Origin: Campylobacterota bacterium | GTDB lineage: Bacteria > Campylobacterota > Campylobacteria > Campylobacterales > Sulfurimonadaceae | DNA: 10,012 bases | Reading direction: 5' to 3' | Assembly (NCBI GenBank): GCA_034717975.1 | Contig: JAYEMF010000115.1 | Coordinates: forward strand, 1-10,012 | Shown: positions 8,474-10,012 of the stretch, piece by piece | How positions within the stretch are numbered: position 1 is the first letter of the stretch | Layout of the letters: the number at the start of each line of letters is the position of its first letter | The notes under the pieces: model-generated | Told to the model about the DNA's origin: nothing | Seen by the model: the letters and a program-made list of their open reading frames with translations, nothing else | Database searches by the model: none | Position numbers and translations under genes: made by a program

Positions 8474-9724
8474 ATGTTCAGACTACTCTCTCTTTTACCA
8501 TTGTTGGCGACTTTAGGATGGTCGCTTGAAAACAGCTACGGGACAATGGGATATTACCGTTTTCAGACATCACTGCAAAACGGTAAAGAAGATCTCTATT
8601 TCAAAGCACCGGGAGCCGGAAGTAAATACCGGCTAGGTAATGAACAGGATACCTGGATCGAGCTGGGGCTCTATCAGGACATAACATTTGACAATGATAT
8701 TACCGTTCACAACCAGGTTCGAACCGTCTATTGGGGAATGAATGAAGAGTCGGTCGATTATTTGCAGTTTGATGAAGCTTACAGTGAAATATCCGGCATC
8801 TTCGATAACAGTGTCTCCTTTTGGATCGGACGACGATACTACAAACGCTACGACAGTCACATCGCAGACTACTGGTTCCTCAATATGAGTGGTGATGGTT
8901 TTGGTGTCAACAACCTTGATCTTGGAGAGTTCACTATCTCCTACAGCTTTATTTTTGATCAACTTGATCCTGAGAGCATCGATGACGAAGAAGATCTTCT
9001 CTATCACAGCCATGATGTCCGGTTGGCCAAAACAACAGATCGGGGCGAGGCAACCCTCTTCCTTAACTATATAGCCGGTGAAAGTAAAACATTTGGCAAT
9101 GGTCAGCATGTTGACTCAGTTGACGGGTTTGCTATCGGTCTGCTTTACAAAGATACGGAACTTACCAACGATCTCTTTGGTATGCGCGGTGAAAATATAA
9201 GTGGTATCTTCTACGGAGAGGGTGCTGCACGCGGTGCCGGTGCCTATTCGCCTTATAAGCAGGACGGTACCATCGATGAGATGCTGATATCTGGAAAAAC
9301 CCCTGAAAACTCTATGACGTTCCGAATGATCAACTACAATGCTTTTGAAAACGATACCTATGGCATCATGAGCTCAATGGTTTTCGAACATAAAGATGAT
9401 CAAGATTTCATAAACATCAAGCAGGATTGGTTTTCCGCCGGTGTGCGCCCCTACTGGTTTATGCATAAACATCTACGCGGTGTACTCGAAGTCGGTTACG
9501 ACCATGTCAATAATAAAACAGACAGTGAATCACACAACCTGCTCAAAGCGACTGTAGCGCTGGAGATGGCCATGGATAAAGGGGTGTGGCGGCGTCCTGC
9601 CCTGCGGCTTTATTTCACCCAGGCCAACTGGTCTGAGAGTTCAAAGGGAGAGGTAGGCAGTGGTTACTACGCAGATAAAACCTCCGGATACAATTTCGGT
9701 ATCCAGATCGAGGAGTGGTGGTAG
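8474..9724 (+). CDS. LamB/maltoporin-family carbohydrate-selective outer membrane porin
   Basis: Signal peptide, then GYYR, GAGSKYRLGNE, WIGRRYYKRYDSH, DVRL, GVRP, EVGYD, WRRPALR and terminal FGIQIEEWW. These align by eye with LamB motifs (SKYRLGNE, WAGKRFYQRHDVH, WSRPAIR, FGAQMEIWW). AGGAG SD at 8463-8467. Confidence 0.92.
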   Translation: MFRLLSLLPLLATLGWSLENSYGTMGYYRFQTSLQNGKEDLYFKAPGAGSKYRLGNEQDTWIELGLYQDITFDNDITVHNQVRTVYWGMNEESVDYLQFDEAYSEISGIFDNSVSFWIGRRYYKRYDSHIADYWFLNMSGDGFGVNNLDLGEFTISYSFIFDQLDPESIDDEEDLLYHSHDVRLAKTTDRGEATLFLNYIAGESKTFGNGQHVDSVDGFAIGLLYKDTELTNDLFGMRGENISGIFYGEGAARGAGAYSPYKQDGTIDEMLISGKTPENSMTFRMINYNAFENDTYGIMSSMVFEHKDDQDFINIKQDWFSAGVRPYWFMHKHLRGVLEVGYDHVNNKTDSESHNLLKATVALEMAMDKGVWRRPALRLYFTQANWSESSKGEVGSGYYADKTSGYNFGIQIEEWW

Positions 9725-9764
9725 GCTTTCACCATCTGCTTCAGCCAAAGCTGTTATCTACGGC

Positions 9765-9787
9765 TTAAAAGGTTTCTTGAGTATAAT
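9765..9787 (+). promoter_or_regulatory. Putative sigma70 promoter (distal, upstream of ychF)
   Basis: Consensus TATAAT at 9782-9787 with upstream TTAAAA and T-tract, consistent with Campylobacterota RpoD promoters that lack a strict -35. Confidence 0.6.
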
Positions 9788-9883
9788 TCCACTTGTTTGA
9801 CAATGCCTGCCTTGACAAAGAAGTGATCAATGCTCTTCTGATCATAGAGCTCAATATCGGCAGTGACATTCGCATAGATTATA

Positions 9884-9891
9884 GATAAAAT
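9884..9891 (+). promoter_or_regulatory. Putative sigma70 -10 (proximal ychF promoter)
   Basis: gaTAAAAT (hexamer 9886-9891), 23 nt upstream of the ychF ATG; GGAG SD at 9906-9909. Confidence 0.5.
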
Positions 9892-9914
9892 AACATCAAT
9901 ATATCGGAGTAATT

Positions 9915-10012
9915 ATGGGCTTAGCCATCGGTCTTGTCGGACTGCCAAATGTCGGAAAATCAACTACTTTCAATGCGCTTACCAAAGCACAAAATGCAGA
10001 GGCGGCCAACTA
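9915..10012 (+). CDS. ychF: Redox-regulated Obg-like ATPase YchF (5' fragment, runs off window)
   Basis: Manual translation [33 protein letters not shown]-loop GLPNVGKS plus the YchF-typical FNALT...AAN. Absent from the ORF track because it is truncated. Confidence 0.93.
   Translation, partial: MGLAIGLVGLPNVGKSTTFNALTKAQNAEAAN

Noticed and set aside
65..9109. Remaining short alternative-frame and antisense ORFs in the track (e.g. 600-962, 2792-3196, 3848-4258, 6022-6381, 8633-9109)
   Set aside because: All lie largely within well-supported genes and lack motifs.
9742..9753. CAGC-CAAA-GCTG hairpin after the porin as a terminator
   Set aside because: 4-bp stem and poor U-tract; too weak to call.
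9803..9826. Mini-ORF MPALTKK in the ychF upstream region
   Set aside because: No SD sequence and no informative codon run; expected by chance.
8417..9863. ATCGGCAG direct repeat (8417-8424 and 9856-9863) flanking the porin as a possible insertion scar
   Set aside because: Only 8 bp, plausible by chance, and no integrase, transposase or terminal repeats are present.
1..10012. CRISPR arrays, tRNA/rRNA, defence or toxin-antitoxin genes
   Set aside because: No spaced repeats, RNA-gene signatures or such protein motifs seen; almost all bases are explained by the listed CDSs.

Overview
A mostly housekeeping region from a Campylobacterota (Epsilonproteobacteria) genome, probably Sulfurimonas/Sulfurovum-like (inferred from gene order and protein sequences). 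On the minus strand is an overlapping pair: a monoheme cytochrome c and a stand-alone CitE/HpcH-family lyase. Divergent from it is a tightly packed plus-strand run: folD, lepB, M50 site-2 protease, rpiB, a small membrane coiled-coil protein, apt, trpB, dedA, pepA, a LamB-family porin, and ychF (cut by the window end). As I recall it, this matches the conserved Helicobacter/Campylobacter folD-lepB-S2P-rpiB-hyp-apt-dedA-pepA-ychF order, with two extra genes: an orphan trpB and an orphan maltoporin-like gene. I see no convincing novel multi-gene system. The best leads are the orphan LamB-like porin with altered channel residues, a structured ~70-nt segment between two promoter-like sites upstream of ychF, and a probable MITE or IS-end repeat at 1-126.
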